Assembly (NCBI GenBank): GCA_963807635.1
Contig: CAWEDJ010000098.1
Location: forward strand, 1 to 64,000
Direction of reading: 5' to 3'
Source: an uncultured cyanobacterium
GTDB lineage: Bacteria > Cyanobacteriota > Cyanobacteriia > Cyanobacteriales > Microcystaceae
Length of the DNA stretch: 64,000 nt
Position 1 is the first letter of the stretch. Each line of letters opens with the position of its first letter. Both the position numbers and the translations under genes were made by a program. Positions 24,477 through 35,997 of the stretch are shown piece after piece. The notes beneath the pieces were generated by a model. It worked only from the letters and a program-made list of their open reading frames with translations. It searched no databases and had not been told where the DNA came from.

Positions 24477-25136
24477 TTAAGGTTTTGGCGGTTGGGGAGC
24501 CGCACCAGGAGGGGTTGTCTGGCCCGTTGGTGCCGTTTGGGTCGGACTAGCCTGGGGTTTGGGTTCGGGTTTTTTGACTTCGGGAATGGGAAGGAAATAC
24601 ACCATCAGGGTCGCGATCGCAATGCCGACGAGACCCATTGTGGCAGGAATGGCTCGTTGAACCAGGGGTTCATCGGGTTGACGATAACGACGGGAAACGG
24701 GTTGGAGCTTAATTGAAAAATCGGGGAGAGCCTGACTATCGGCGATAAATTGATCCACTGCTTCTACCAAATCAAAAAATTGTACCGTTGTGAGATCTAA
24801 AGAAACAGGCTCTGTTTTGGGTTCTGCCGAAGAATACCAGGTCAAACGGTGTAAAAATCCATTGTCTAAGGCCGTCAATTCGACGCGATCGCCCTCTTCC
24901 CCCGATTCCCTGGGATGGTGTACCCCACTCAAACACTCTTGAGCATAGGCATTCACCGCCTTCACTAAACTTTCTAAAAAAGCCCGTCCCCCTTCTAATT
25001 TTTGATTTATTGTCGCAAAATAACATTCCACATTCACCACAATGGAAAGATTATTATCCAGGGGATTATTCATATCGCTCAATCCCTCTAGGACAAGCGT
25101 GCAATTGGGCAGACTATATTGACGACGAATATTCAT
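24477..25136 (-). CDS. DUF4335-like cyanobacterial protein
   Basis: 'RRQYSLPNCTLVLEGLSD', 'QFFDLVEAVDQF', C-terminal TM and Pro-rich tail. Confidence 0.8.
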   Translation of the reverse strand: MNIRRQYSLPNCTLVLEGLSDMNNPLDNNLSIVVNVECYFATINQKLEGGRAFLESLVKAVNAYAQECLSGVHHPRESGEEGDRVELTALDNGFLHRLTWYSSAEPKTEPVSLDLTTVQFFDLVEAVDQFIADSQALPDFSIKLQPVSRRYRQPDEPLVQRAIPATMGLVGIAIATLMVYFLPIPEVKKPEPKPQASPTQTAPTGQTTPPGAAPQPPKP

Positions 25137-25761
25137 GCGACCTCTCCATCAAACAAACTAATCCAAAACCGTTGCATTCCCGTTGTTCCCGTACAAAATA
25201 ACAATTGCTTTAATAACGACAACGCAAATTCATCCAAAGCTTCTTCCGAATCGAGGTAAATAGAAACTTTAGCACGGCGCACATTCATCCGACTCCGAAA
25301 ATGGGAACGGAATTGGTCTAAATACTCAGATAACAGAAAATGATTAGCGACAGGCAAGCCTTTTTCCCGCATTTGCTGTTCTGCTAACAACAGTTGACGA
25401 ATTTTCACCGTTAGTTGTTTGGCCCGATGGCTGGCTAAGATCACTAAAGCTTTAGCCTGTTCTAGGGTTAAGGGGACTCGATTATAGGAACGTCGCCAGG
25501 GATTGGTGGAGCGTAATCGCCAAAGCGTCAATCGATGGTTAATAATCGTTTGTAAATCAAGCTGCTCGACGGTGGCTAACATCTGTTCCGAGCCGCCTAG
25601 TTCCAACGCTTCGATCGCCAAGAGCAATAAATCAAGTTGTTGTTGGATGCGGGCCGACAACGCTCCCCTGAAATAGGAAAATCAGGTAAGGTTTTTAAAA
25701 TAATCGGTTGGGACTCAACGGGAGCAGGGGAATCGGGCATTTTCGCTAGGGTAGAACTCAT
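25133..25761 (-). CDS. DUF3038-like cyanobacterial protein (5' frameshift near 25670)
   Basis: 'LDLLLLAIEAL', 'LWRLRSTNPWRR', 'LLFCTGTTGMQRFWISLFDGE'. Confidence 0.8.
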
Positions 25762-25802
25762 CTAAAAGGATTACCTTCCGTGACCAAACACATTTTGCGA
25801 TC

Positions 25803-25856
25803 AATCCTCCCTGCCCCTCTTATATAAGGGGGATGTCCGTAGGACGGGGAGGATCA
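25803..25856. repeat. Palindromic short dispersed element
   Basis: atcctccc...ggaggat outer arms around cccctcttatataagggg and gtccgtaggac hairpins. Confidence 0.55.
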
Positions 25857-26049
25857 TCTTATAAATTTTAAGACCCATCTACATCAGGTGTCTTTTTATT
25901 ATCCTGGATTCAGTGGAGTACAGAGAATCGACTTTTCATCTTACCACTAGTCGTCCGAAATCCTGACTTGGGACAAATGATCAACGGGTTAGGGGACAGA
26001 TTTAGTGGCTAGGTGACCGAAATGAGGATCGCGATCGCTGCATTAATGT

Positions 26050-29000
26050 TCAAAGTCCAGGGCGATCACCTTTTTTAATGATCAGATGAAAGCTGGCAAT
26101 TTTCCAAGGATGAATCTCTGTTACCGAATCCGTTGTTCGTTCTAATAAATCGACGTTTTCTGAGATCGCTAAGTTCAAATTATTTTTAAATCCTAATTCT
26201 GCAACTTTTCCCGCCGATTCATAGACCCGCAAAACCCAACTTTCTGGATTGAATTCAGCTTGTTTTAAAGCCATTATGCAAAGATGATGAACATTGATAT
26301 TTAGGAATTCATGAACAGGAGGCAAAGGCATTTTAAAAGAATTTTGTGATAGATAACTATTTTCCCCAGGACTAAAAATGCGAAGCGGACGATTTAGCTC
26401 GTAACCCCGTTGAACCGTTTTTGCAGTTTGCCAGTTTCCACTATGGGGATAGATACTATAGGTAAATTGATGTAATCCCTTATCCGCTTGGGGATCGGGC
26501 CATTCCGTACTGCGTAAAAGCGTTAAGCGAAGTTGACTCGGTTGGCCGTCATAGCCATATTTACTGTCATTCAGTAAACTTACCCCATAATTTTGGTCAA
26601 TATCGGTTAAATCAGCCCATTGTAACGCGGGAACTTCCCATTTTGCTTTGTCTGCGTCGGTTTCAGGTCGAGTGGGTCGGGCGATCGCGGCACAGGGAAT
26701 TTCATAATAAATTTGCTCACTTTCTAGGGTGAGGGGAAAAGCCGCTTTAACCAAAACATGGCTTTCTTGCCAATTAACTTGAGTAATAATCTTCAGGATA
26801 GGGGAATTAATCTCTAAACAATAATCTTGACAAAATTCTGATTGATTAAATTGCTTGATGACTCGAATTCGTTGGTGCATTAGCCCCGATTCTAGAATTT
26901 CAATCGATTTTAAAATGCCATTCGGTAACGGATGTTGAGCATAATTAGGATCGATATTCCAAGCATCCCAATATTGACCTTTATCTTCAAAGAATTGTAA
27001 TTGATTGCCTGAATTTTTCAGAATTTCTTTTTGATAATTTTTATCAAAGATACTGTCAATTTCACCTGTTTCAGGATTAATTTTGACTTTAAGATAATAA
27101 TTTTCTAAGATAAATTCTGAATGCTCTTTCTGTTGAGCTAATACATCTAAATTTTTCTGGGGACAAAGCCAAAACACTCGATAACCCAAGGAGGGAATAT
27201 TACTCGCTAGAAAACAAAGCTGATGATCAAAGGTTATTTGGGAAGGTAATAAATTGCCGTCAAGGTCATAAATTACCCAATTTTCTGACTCAACAGGATA
27301 ATGAATAACTTCTGATCGCATCCAATTTAGACTATTAAAAATCACAATCGGTTTCGCATTTTCCTGGGGAGCCGAGGAAAAATCAATTTGAGATGCGATC
27401 GCTTCTAGAGCTTGATCAATAATTTGCTGAGTAATTTTTTGTACAGAATCCCAAGCTTGATTCGCATCTTTAAAAACCTGGGGAATCGATGTGCCGGGTA
27501 AAATATCATGGAATTGATTTAATAAAACTTTTTTCCAGGCTTTTTCTAATTTATCTTTAGGATAGGTATATTGATCAAGAATATGAGCAATAGATGACCA
27601 GATTTCTGCTTCATAGAGTAATCCTTCACACCGCCGATTTTGCTGTTTTTGATCCGCATGGGTCGTATAACAACCCCGATGAAATTCTAAATATAATTCA
27701 TCCTGCCAGAGGGAAATCTTGTCAGGTTTATTTAATAATTGATTTTTAATATTAGATAAATAATCAAAGGCAGTTGCGGTCTTAATTTGTGGAAAAAAAT
27801 CGGAGTGCTGCCAACGATGTTTCACTTGCCACATATCCCGACTAGGGCCACCGCCGTGATCTCCTACCCCAGGCAACCAAAAACTATCCTGTAATCCTGT
27901 TTGTTGTTCCCAATTTACGGCATAATTGACCATTGTAATCGGGTTAGTATCCATCACTCCTGCCACATTAGGAGGAGACATAGCCGTAAATAATTTTGTA
28001 CCGTCGGGAGATTGCCACCAAAAAGCTCCTAGCGGAAATTTGGTACTATCATTCCAATGGAGTTTTCCCGTTACAAAATATTCAATTCCTGCTTGCTCAC
28101 ACAGTTGGGGTAGTTGCCAAGAAAAACCAAAACTATCGGGCAACCAAGCCACTTTACTAATCGCTCCAAATTTTTCTTGAAAATATTTTTGACCATAGAG
28201 TAATTGACGAACTAAAGATTCTCCCGAAATCAAATTAACCTCTGGTTCGACCCACATTCCGCCTAATAATTCCCAGCTTTGATGATTAACGGCTTCTTGA
28301 ATTTGTGAAAATAAATCAGGGCGATGATTTTCTATCCACTCGTATAAAATAGGACTAGTATGACCAAATTTAAGATCAGGAAATTCTTGTTGTAAATTGA
28401 TAACGGAACGAAAAGTTCTTTCTCCCACTTCCCAGGTTTCTGCTAGGGGCCAGAGCCAAGCCATATCAAGATGGGCATGACCCATGAGATGAAATTGACG
28501 TTTTTTAATTGTGTTTGCTAAAGGTTTTAAGGTTTGACGAAGTTGAATCAGAGATTGATCAAAGAGTTGAAGATAACTCACATTTTCCCAATTGATCGCT
28601 TGCAAAGATTCTTCTAAAAAAGGTATTTTATCGGGTTCAAATGCCTCTAGATATTGACTTAAAATATCTAATTCATCAGCAATGAAGCCAGGATCAATTT
28701 CAGGATAATCTCTTTCATAAATTAAACGCGATCGCATTAATCCTCCGATGTCATGGGCAGGACTGACTAGGCGAAGAGTGACAGTGATTTCTTCCCCAGG
28801 TTGAGCCAAGGGCGTTAATAAAACCCTAGCACTGGAATCAAATAAATCACCTGCTTGGACTAATTGTTGATCAACATAAATTTGGGCATCTTCTGCCCAC
28901 CAAGTTAACGCTAATCTGAGACCAAAACCTTCTAGGGGATAACCTGCTAAATTTTCAGGAATTGTAATTTTTTGCGTTAACCATTGCACCTGACGACCCT

Positions 29001-29157
29001 TGGGCCACACGATATAATTATTTTCATTTAAGGTTGCAATTTCCCTCATTTCTGCGCAAAAAGAAGAGCCTAAAACAGTCTCAGAAGTTTTATACCATCG
29101 GGATTGGATATCTAGTTGAGTAAGGTGACGCAGTTTTTGAATGGGCAAAATATTCAT
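26050..29157 (-). CDS. Alpha-mannosidase, GH38
   Basis: 'GHAHLDMAWLWP', 'WLPDSFG', 'GVGDHGGGP', 'NQFHDILPG'. Confidence 0.93.
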   Translation of the reverse strand: MNILPIQKLRHLTQLDIQSRWYKTSETVLGSSFCAEMREIATLNENNYIVWPKGRQVQWLTQKITIPENLAGYPLEGFGLRLALTWWAEDAQIYVDQQLVQAGDLFDSSARVLLTPLAQPGEEITVTLRLVSPAHDIGGLMRSRLIYERDYPEIDPGFIADELDILSQYLEAFEPDKIPFLEESLQAINWENVSYLQLFDQSLIQLRQTLKPLANTIKKRQFHLMGHAHLDMAWLWPLAETWEVGERTFRSVINLQQEFPDLKFGHTSPILYEWIENHRPDLFSQIQEAVNHQSWELLGGMWVEPEVNLISGESLVRQLLYGQKYFQEKFGAISKVAWLPDSFGFSWQLPQLCEQAGIEYFVTGKLHWNDSTKFPLGAFWWQSPDGTKLFTAMSPPNVAGVMDTNPITMVNYAVNWEQQTGLQDSFWLPGVGDHGGGPSRDMWQVKHRWQHSDFFPQIKTATAFDYLSNIKNQLLNKPDKISLWQDELYLEFHRGCYTTHADQKQQNRRCEGLLYEAEIWSSIAHILDQYTYPKDKLEKAWKKVLLNQFHDILPGTSIPQVFKDANQAWDSVQKITQQIIDQALEAIASQIDFSSAPQENAKPIVIFNSLNWMRSEVIHYPVESENWVIYDLDGNLLPSQITFDHQLCFLASNIPSLGYRVFWLCPQKNLDVLAQQKEHSEFILENYYLKVKINPETGEIDSIFDKNYQKEILKNSGNQLQFFEDKGQYWDAWNIDPNYAQHPLPNGILKSIEILESGLMHQRIRVIKQFNQSEFCQDYCLEINSPILKIITQVNWQESHVLVKAAFPLTLESEQIYYEIPCAAIARPTRPETDADKAKWEVPALQWADLTDIDQNYGVSLLNDSKYGYDGQPSQLRLTLLRSTEWPDPQADKGLHQFTYSIYPHSGNWQTAKTVQRGYELNRPLRIFSPGENSYLSQNSFKMPLPPVHEFLNINVHHLCIMALKQAEFNPESWVLRVYESAGKVAELGFKNNLNLAISENVDLLERTTDSVTEIHPWKIASFHLIIKKGDRPGL

Positions 29158-29434
29158 GGTTATTGCGGTAAAGAAAAAGAAAAAGAAAGAATGACTTAGT
29201 GACTAAATTTTCGGTTTTCGTTAATATTCTATTGTGACATTAACGATGATTTTGTGAGTTGTAAAATATCATAATAAGTTGCTTTTTTTTTGAATATTGC
29301 TACACTGAATAGAATTTTAGTTTTAAGTGTCATGTTATAAGAACAAATGACTAGTTTTTTATTCAATTACGTTAGATAATAGAACTAAAGGTGTAGTATC
29401 TACTCAAGTTTAAATTTTGTAAGGAGATTAATTA

Positions 29435-29848
29435 ATGAATCGTCGTGAATTTGTTACTTTGGTTGGTGTTGGTGGTGCGATCGCCTGTACGCCTGAGGTG
29501 GTGACTGCCTCAACAGAAGGAACAAAAGAGAAACGTCCCGATGGCTTTGTTCCCGTTGGTACGGTCAAAGAATTAGAACAAAAGGGACAATTACTCAATA
29601 AAAAATCCCCACTAGGGCCAGTTTTATTGATTAAGGAACCAGGGAGTAACACCATTATTGCGGTAAATCCTACCTGTACCCACGAGGGTTGTACGGTCAA
29701 GTGGAAAGCAGATAAAAAGATTCTAGCTTGTCCTTGTCATCCTGGGACTTTTACCTCTACAGGGGTTGTGACGAGTAAGCCTCCAAAAGCCAATCTCAAA
29801 ACCTATCAAACCAAAATTGAGGGAAATGTTATTCTCATTAAAGTCTAA
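29435..29848 (+). CDS. Small Rieske [2Fe-2S] protein (PetC3-like) with Tat signal
   Basis: 'RREFV' twin-Arg motif, CTHEGC and CPCH Rieske boxes. Confidence 0.88.
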   Translation: MNRREFVTLVGVGGAIACTPEVVTASTEGTKEKRPDGFVPVGTVKELEQKGQLLNKKSPLGPVLLIKEPGSNTIIAVNPTCTHEGCTVKWKADKKILACPCHPGTFTSTGVVTSKPPKANLKTYQTKIEGNVILIKV

Positions 29849-29951
29849 ATTAAGCCTAAATTTTTAAACCGCTAACTTGTTCCCACGAGATCACAAACCG
29901 ATCCAACAAAAAAGAGATCTCGTGAGAATTAATTTCCACTGATTAATATTT

Positions 29952-32900
29952 TTAATCCTCAGCTAACACACTGACATCTAATAAAACCTCTCCTGCCATT
30001 AATCGTTGGGACGCTTCTAATAAAGCATCTTCAATATAGGGTTTCACAAAATAGCCCTTGGCTCCCTTTTCGGCGGCGAGACGTTGCATTTTTTGCGCTC
30101 CCCGTGAAGTAATCATGGCAACGGGAATTTTAGAGAGATTCGGATCTTCTTGGATGCGATCAAGGAGTTCTAAACCATTCATGCGGGGCATTTCAATGTC
30201 ACAGAGAATCAAGTCACAGAGTAAACCCGATCGCAGTTTTTCCCAGGCATCTTGACCATCACGGGCCACTTCTGGCTGATACCCTGCTTTTCGATAGGTG
30301 AGGGATAACATTTCTCGCACCATCACCGAATCATCAATAATTAACACCTTGGGCGTAATATCTTCATCGTCAAAGGATTTAGGAGGTTGCTGACCTGGGA
30401 TAGTCTGTTTGGCTTGGTTTTGTTTGAAACGAGAGATAAAGGAATGGGGTTGCTTGACACTTCCCTGAAGAAGAATTTCTCCATGAATCATCCGTTTGGC
30501 CGCATCCAGAATATCTTTCTCGGTGTAGGGCTTGGTAAAATAACCGCTTGCCCCCAGTTTGGCCGCCACTTTACGGTGACGATCTGCTCCCCGCGAGGTC
30601 AATAGGGCCACGGGAAGACTGGAGAGTTGTTCATCATTTTGTAAATGAGAAAGCAATTCTAAGCCGTTCATACGGGGCATTTCGATATCGCAAAAGACCA
30701 AATCACAGGGTAAACCAGAGCGTAGTTTTTCCCAGGCTTCTTGTCCGTCTCTGGCTTGTTCCACCCGATAACCTGCTTTGCTAAAACTGAGAGAAAGTAG
30801 TTCGCGGACGGTGATGGAGTCATCGATGATCAGTACAGTCGGCTCTATTTGTGCTTCATTCAGGTTCGGAACAATGGTTTTGCGCCAGAGACTACTGCCC
30901 GTATCGACCCGCATCCGACCCTGGGCAATTTCAATCAGTTCTATGGCATCCCCAATGGGCATAATACTCCCGTCTCCTCGGACAGTTGCCCCTGCAATCC
31001 CAGGGGGTTTGGGAATGGGGCCTTCAATTTGTTTAATGACAATTTCTTCTTCACCAACCACCTGATCTACTTGAACAGCCAAGACATTGCTGCCGCCGCC
31101 CCGCAGAATCACGATCGCGACAATATCATCCTCTGGTTTGCCTCCATAAACACTTCCCCTGCTCAATTGACGATGATAGGTTAATAAATCCTGGAGTCGA
31201 TAAATGGGCAATAGCTCATCATTCCAAGGAATACAGTTTTGTCCTTCTTCGTTTTGCACAATATCACTGGGGAGATAATCCTTCGTATCTTCTACCCCAT
31301 CCATCGGAAAGGCAATACGGGCGCGATCGCTCAGACAACAGAGAGCCTTACAAATACTAAGGGTAAGGGGCAAGCGAATATTGAAAGTCGTTCCCTGACC
31401 CAACACAGAATCAATGGTCACCGATCCCCGTATATCCAGCAGACTCGTCCGCACCACATCCAGACCCACGCCCCGTCCCGCAAAATCATCCGCCTTGTCT
31501 TTGGTGGAAAATCCTGCATGAAATAATAATTCATAAACTTCCTGTTCCGTCAGAAGATTCACATCCAACTGACTCATTAACCCTTTTTCCACCGCTTTCT
31601 GCTTCACTCTTTCCGCATCAATTCCTGCTCCATCATCGGAAACCATAATTAGGGTTTGATTTCCTTGCAAAAACGCCCGAATTGTGATTTTTCCCTCTGC
31701 TGGTTTTCCTTTTTTGCGACGAACTTCAGGAGATTCGATCCCATGAGTAATCGCATTATTGACCAGATGGGTCATGGGATTATAGAGATGCTCCAGAATC
31801 ATCTTATCGACTAGAACTTCTCGCCCTTCTACCTGAAGTTTCACTTGCTTATTTAACTTCATGGAAACTTCACGAATTGCACGGGGTAAACGATCCGCCG
31901 TTTGAGCAAAGGAAACCATTCGAGATTTGGTCATTCCTTCTTGCAATTGGGTCGTCACCTGGCGCAAGGAACGGGCAACTTGATCCGTTTCATCTACCAA
32001 ATACTGAATATCAGAAGAGGATTCCCTGACCCGCACAATCAATTCAATCATTTCTTGGGAAAGCAGGTGAAAACCCGTAAATCGATCCATTTCCAGGGCA
32101 TCTAGTCCATCATTGGAACTTCCTGAAAAGGTGGTATAGGAACCCGAAAAGCTGGATTTTGCATTCCCTCTATCGGGCGATCAACTGGCCAGCAAGGCTC
32201 CTTCGAGTAGGGTTCGTTCATACAAATCCTGCATCCTTCCGCCCACATCACTCAGGTTTTGGGATTGGGTTAATAAATTATCCAAAAATTGACGCAGACG
32301 TTCCTGGTCTTGCTCTAAACGATTTCGTTTGACCACCAGTTCCCCAATCAGATTACTCAAGTTATCCAGTTGTTTGACAGGAACCCGCATGGTCTGTTCA
32401 AAGGATTTAGTCTTACTGGGACGACTACGGGGTTGCAAACGTTGACCACCCACCGTAACCATTGTGGGAGGCCCGCCCATTGTGCGATCGGCCTGTTCTA
32501 GCAGGGCTTCTAGATCCTTAAATTCATCTTCTGTTTCTGATGCAAATTGTTTACTGACGGCGATCGCGCGGGGAGCAACGGGTTTAGGCGCAACCACCTT
32601 GGGAGCAACTGCATCAGGAACTCGACAAGGCGCGTCAATGAGAGCTTCTAGAGCCTTGATATCAAGCTTCGCAACATTGCCTAGAAGAGGAGGCTGGGAA
32701 ATCAGGGTTTCCAAAGTCTCTAAGCCATCATAAAAAAAGACTGGGAGGGGTTTGGATAAATCTAGGGAAGGGCTGATATGAAGGGCGGAGACGGAAGTTT
32801 TCTCCTGAATTCTGGTCGGGGTAGTCCTAATCGGGGTTTTGTGGCGAGCAATGACGGGTTCTTCTTCAACTCCTAATAAGTCCCGTAGATCATCCAGTTC

Positions 32901-33395
32901 GGAGGTTGTCACGGAAGTAGGATGGTCGTCTATGAATGTTTCAAAACTCATAGGTTCCCCATGAATTTCGACATCACCAAAAAGATCGTCAATTTCAAAT
33001 AGAGAATCTTCTGGCTTAGAATCTGCTTCGGATTGGGTTCCTTGGGGTTCAGCGTCGGGGATACTCCCAAAATCTAACCAACTAGAGGTTTCGTAGGGGT
33101 CTAGTTCGGCATTTTTTAGATCGGGGTTCTCACTAAAAAGGTCTTCGAGTCCCGCATTGCGAGAATCGAGAGAGAGCGTCATCCGTTGGGGATGTTGGCT
33201 TCCTCTGCTCAGGGGGCTAGATAGAGGAACCGAGGGGTCAGGCTCAGGAAAATCATCGTCAAAGAGATTGACCAATTGATCTAAGTCGTTATCTAAACTG
33301 TTATTAGAATCCTCTGCCTCTAGATCATTAAAGAGGCTTTCCATCTCGTCGTCAAACCAATTATCCTGGTTTTGTCCTGGGTCATGACTGGTCAT
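29952..33395 (-). CDS. CheA-like hybrid kinase without Hpt domain (PilL-C type): dimerization, HATPase, CheW, two receiver domains; frameshift near 32180
   Basis: 'TMRVPVKQLDNL', 'HLVNNAITHGIE', 'DDGAGID', 'GRGVGLD', two 'IDDS...CDIEMP' receivers. N-terminus is an acidic low-complexity linker. Confidence 0.88.
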
Positions 33396-33515
33396 GTCTT
33401 CTTTTCCTGCCGCGTTGAGGAGGTTAATTGCCTATGGTTTGGTTACTAACACTCATGGTTTTAATGTACCCAGGACTGTCGTAACAATTATTATCTCAAT
33501 ATTTTTTCGAGGGAG

Positions 33516-34454
33516 TTATTCTTCGATGCGATAACCAAATTCTAGCAATTGTTGTCGAGATTGTCGCCATTGGGGTTCAACTTTGACAAATAACTTTAGA
33601 TAAACGTCTCCTGCGATTAATTTCTGGATTTGTTGACGGGCTGCTGTACCGATCGCCTGTAACATGGTTCCCTGTTTTCCGATGAGGATGCCTTTTTGGG
33701 AAGACCGTTCGACAGTGATGGCAGCATAAACACTGGTTCGTTGGGGAGTTTCTTCGATTTTTTCGATCGCGATCGCCACTGAATGGGGAATTTCCTGACG
33801 GGTTTGCAAGAGAATTTGTTCACGGATTAATTCGCCCATAATAAACCGTTCGGGCTGGTCGGTCACTAAATCGGGGGGATAATAATAGGGGCCTTCTTCC
33901 AATCTTTCTAAAATTAAGTTTTGTAACGTATCTAGTCCATCTCCCGTTAGAGCCGAAAATTTAACAATGGGCCAGGTTTTATTTAGGTTCAATGCCTGAT
34001 AACTGGCATCTAGGGCTTCAATATTTTCCGTTTGTTGGTCAGTTTTATTTAAACAAAAAATAATCGGGGTTTCAGTTTTTTCTAACAGTTCGGTAACAAA
34101 GCGATCGCCGCCGCCTGCGGGAACGGAACTATCCACAATAAATAATAATAAATCAACGGAATTAATCGCACTTCTGGCATTTTTTACTAAAACTTTCCCT
34201 AATTCGTGGTGGGGTTTATGAATCCCAGGCGTATCCACAAAAATCATCTGAGCCTGATCCGTTGAAAGAATTCCCTTGAGTCGATTACGAGTCGTCTGGG
34301 AAACGGGGGAAGTAATGGCAATTTTTTGACCCACTAATTGATTCATCAGGGTCGATTTCCCCACATTGGTACGGCCCACAATGCCAATAAATCCCGACTT
34401 GAAGCCTGGGGGCGCGATGGGAATAGGGGTGTAATTTTCTAATAGATTAGTCAT
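33516..34454 (-). CDS. era: GTPase Era
   Basis: 'GRTNVGKST', 'QTTR', 'DTPG', 'NKTD', KH domain. Confidence 0.96.
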   Translation of the reverse strand: MTNLLENYTPIPIAPPGFKSGFIGIVGRTNVGKSTLMNQLVGQKIAITSPVSQTTRNRLKGILSTDQAQMIFVDTPGIHKPHHELGKVLVKNARSAINSVDLLLFIVDSSVPAGGGDRFVTELLEKTETPIIFCLNKTDQQTENIEALDASYQALNLNKTWPIVKFSALTGDGLDTLQNLILERLEEGPYYYPPDLVTDQPERFIMGELIREQILLQTRQEIPHSVAIAIEKIEETPQRTSVYAAITVERSSQKGILIGKQGTMLQAIGTAARQQIQKLIAGDVYLKLFVKVEPQWRQSRQQLLEFGYRIEE

Positions 34455-34560
34455 AGTTATTTAGTTATTATTTCTGAAACAAACTTTTCTTGATTTCGAT
34501 ATTTTCATAAAACCGTTATGTTAGATTGCCTCGTGATAACAGATCCGTGCTGCTGCGCTT

Positions 34561-35193
34561 CTACTCACAATTGATCAACGCTTCAATATCTGCCGATAGG
34601 ATCTTATCCAAATTGCGTGTAATCTTTTCGATTTCCCAATTCCACCAAGCTATTTCCAGTAATGATCGAATTACTTTATCATCAAAGCGTTGACGGATGT
34701 ACTTGGCTGGATTACCGCCAAAAATCGTATAGGGAGGGATATCACTTACCACTACTGATTTTGCCGCAATGATCGCTCCATCTCCCACCTGTACCCCTGG
34801 CATGATCACAGTTTCATAGCCAATCCACACATCGTTTCCAATGATCGTATTGCCTTTGTATGGTAATTCTTCAGGTTGAGGAGCAACTTTTTCCCAGCCA
34901 TTGCCGAAGATCTCAAACGGATAGGTCGAAAATCCATCTAACTTGTGATTTGCACCATTCATGATGAACTTTACGCCTCTGGCTAAAGCACAAAACTTCC
35001 CAATAATTAGCTGATCTCCAACAAATGGAAAGTGGTACAGGACGTTACGCTCAAAATCTTCCGAGTCTTCTGGATCATCGTAATAGGTGTAATCTCCAAT
35101 AATGATATTAGAATTTGATACAGTGTTTTGGATGAAGCAGATTTGTGGAAATCCCTTCATCGGATGCTTATCTTTTGGATCTGCTCCGTACAA
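34561..35193 (-). CDS. Vat/CatB-family hexapeptide-repeat O-acetyltransferase
   Basis: 'IIGDYTYYDD', 'LIIGKFC', 'NGANH', 'STYPF', 'IGNDVWIG', 'GGNPA', 'WWNW'. Confidence 0.9.
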   Translation of the reverse strand: MYGADPKDKHPMKGFPQICFIQNTVSNSNIIIGDYTYYDDPEDSEDFERNVLYHFPFVGDQLIIGKFCALARGVKFIMNGANHKLDGFSTYPFEIFGNGWEKVAPQPEELPYKGNTIIGNDVWIGYETVIMPGVQVGDGAIIAAKSVVVSDIPPYTIFGGNPAKYIRQRFDDKVIRSLLEIAWWNWEIEKITRNLDKILSADIEALINCE

Positions 35194-35470
35194 AATAGTC
35201 TCCCGCTTTTAGAAATGTCTTATTTCTGTATCCTAATTCAAAATTACTCAGAAACGGGATTAATGCTAATATTTTACTCTGCAAGTTTAGTCGCGATCTC
35301 CGCTAAAAAACCTCAGCAATATAGATTAACATATCGCTCTAGCCTCAAACTGTCAGAAACAAAACAACTTCGGCGATCGCATCACAACGAAGAAAGCAAA
35401 AAATACCCTAAACTATTAAAGGAGCGACCCAATTTGCGGTTATTCTGACTCAATCTTCATTTATTGCCGA

Positions 35471-35986
35471 ATGTGGAGAAATTTTAGCCTAATTCCCATC
35501 ATTTTGTTAACCAGCCTTTTAACCAGTTGTGGCGGTTATCCCCGTTATCTGAACTTTCCCTTTGACAATGCAGGACGCGGCTTAAATAGTCCTTCCGAGG
35601 AATTAACACCCCAAATTTCCTCGCCTTATCTAGTTTTTGTCTCCGATCGCAACGGTTCCCAGAGCATTTATTTATTTAACGCCCAGACTCGCCGTTTGAT
35701 GGATTTACCTGGGTTGAATGCCTTGGATGAAATTGCGTCCCATCCTTCCATTTCCGAAGATGGCCGTTATATCGTTTTTACTGCCAGTCGTCAGGGAAAA
35801 TCCGATATTTATCTCTATGACCGCGAAACTCAACAAAAACGCGATTTAACCCCCATGTTAAACACGGAAACCCGCAATCCGACTATTAGTGCCGACGGCG
35901 ATCGCATTGCCTTTGAAGTGGCGAACAATGGTCAGTGGGACATTATGGTAGTAGATCGTTCGGGAAATCCTTTGGCGATTCAGTAA
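35471..35986 (+). CDS. TolB-like (PD40 repeat) lipoprotein
   Basis: Lipobox LTSC, 'PSISEDGRYIVF' and 'PTISADGDRIAF' repeats. Confidence 0.85.
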   Translation: MWRNFSLIPIILLTSLLTSCGGYPRYLNFPFDNAGRGLNSPSEELTPQISSPYLVFVSDRNGSQSIYLFNAQTRRLMDLPGLNALDEIASHPSISEDGRYIVFTASRQGKSDIYLYDRETQQKRDLTPMLNTETRNPTISADGDRIAFEVANNGQWDIMVVDRSGNPLAIQ

Positions 35987-35997
35987 AATTTGGCAGA

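Noticed and set aside
35128..35448. 106-aa plus-strand ORF and similar short overlapping ORFs in the track
   Set aside because: Overlap real genes on the other strand and have no recognisable motifs.
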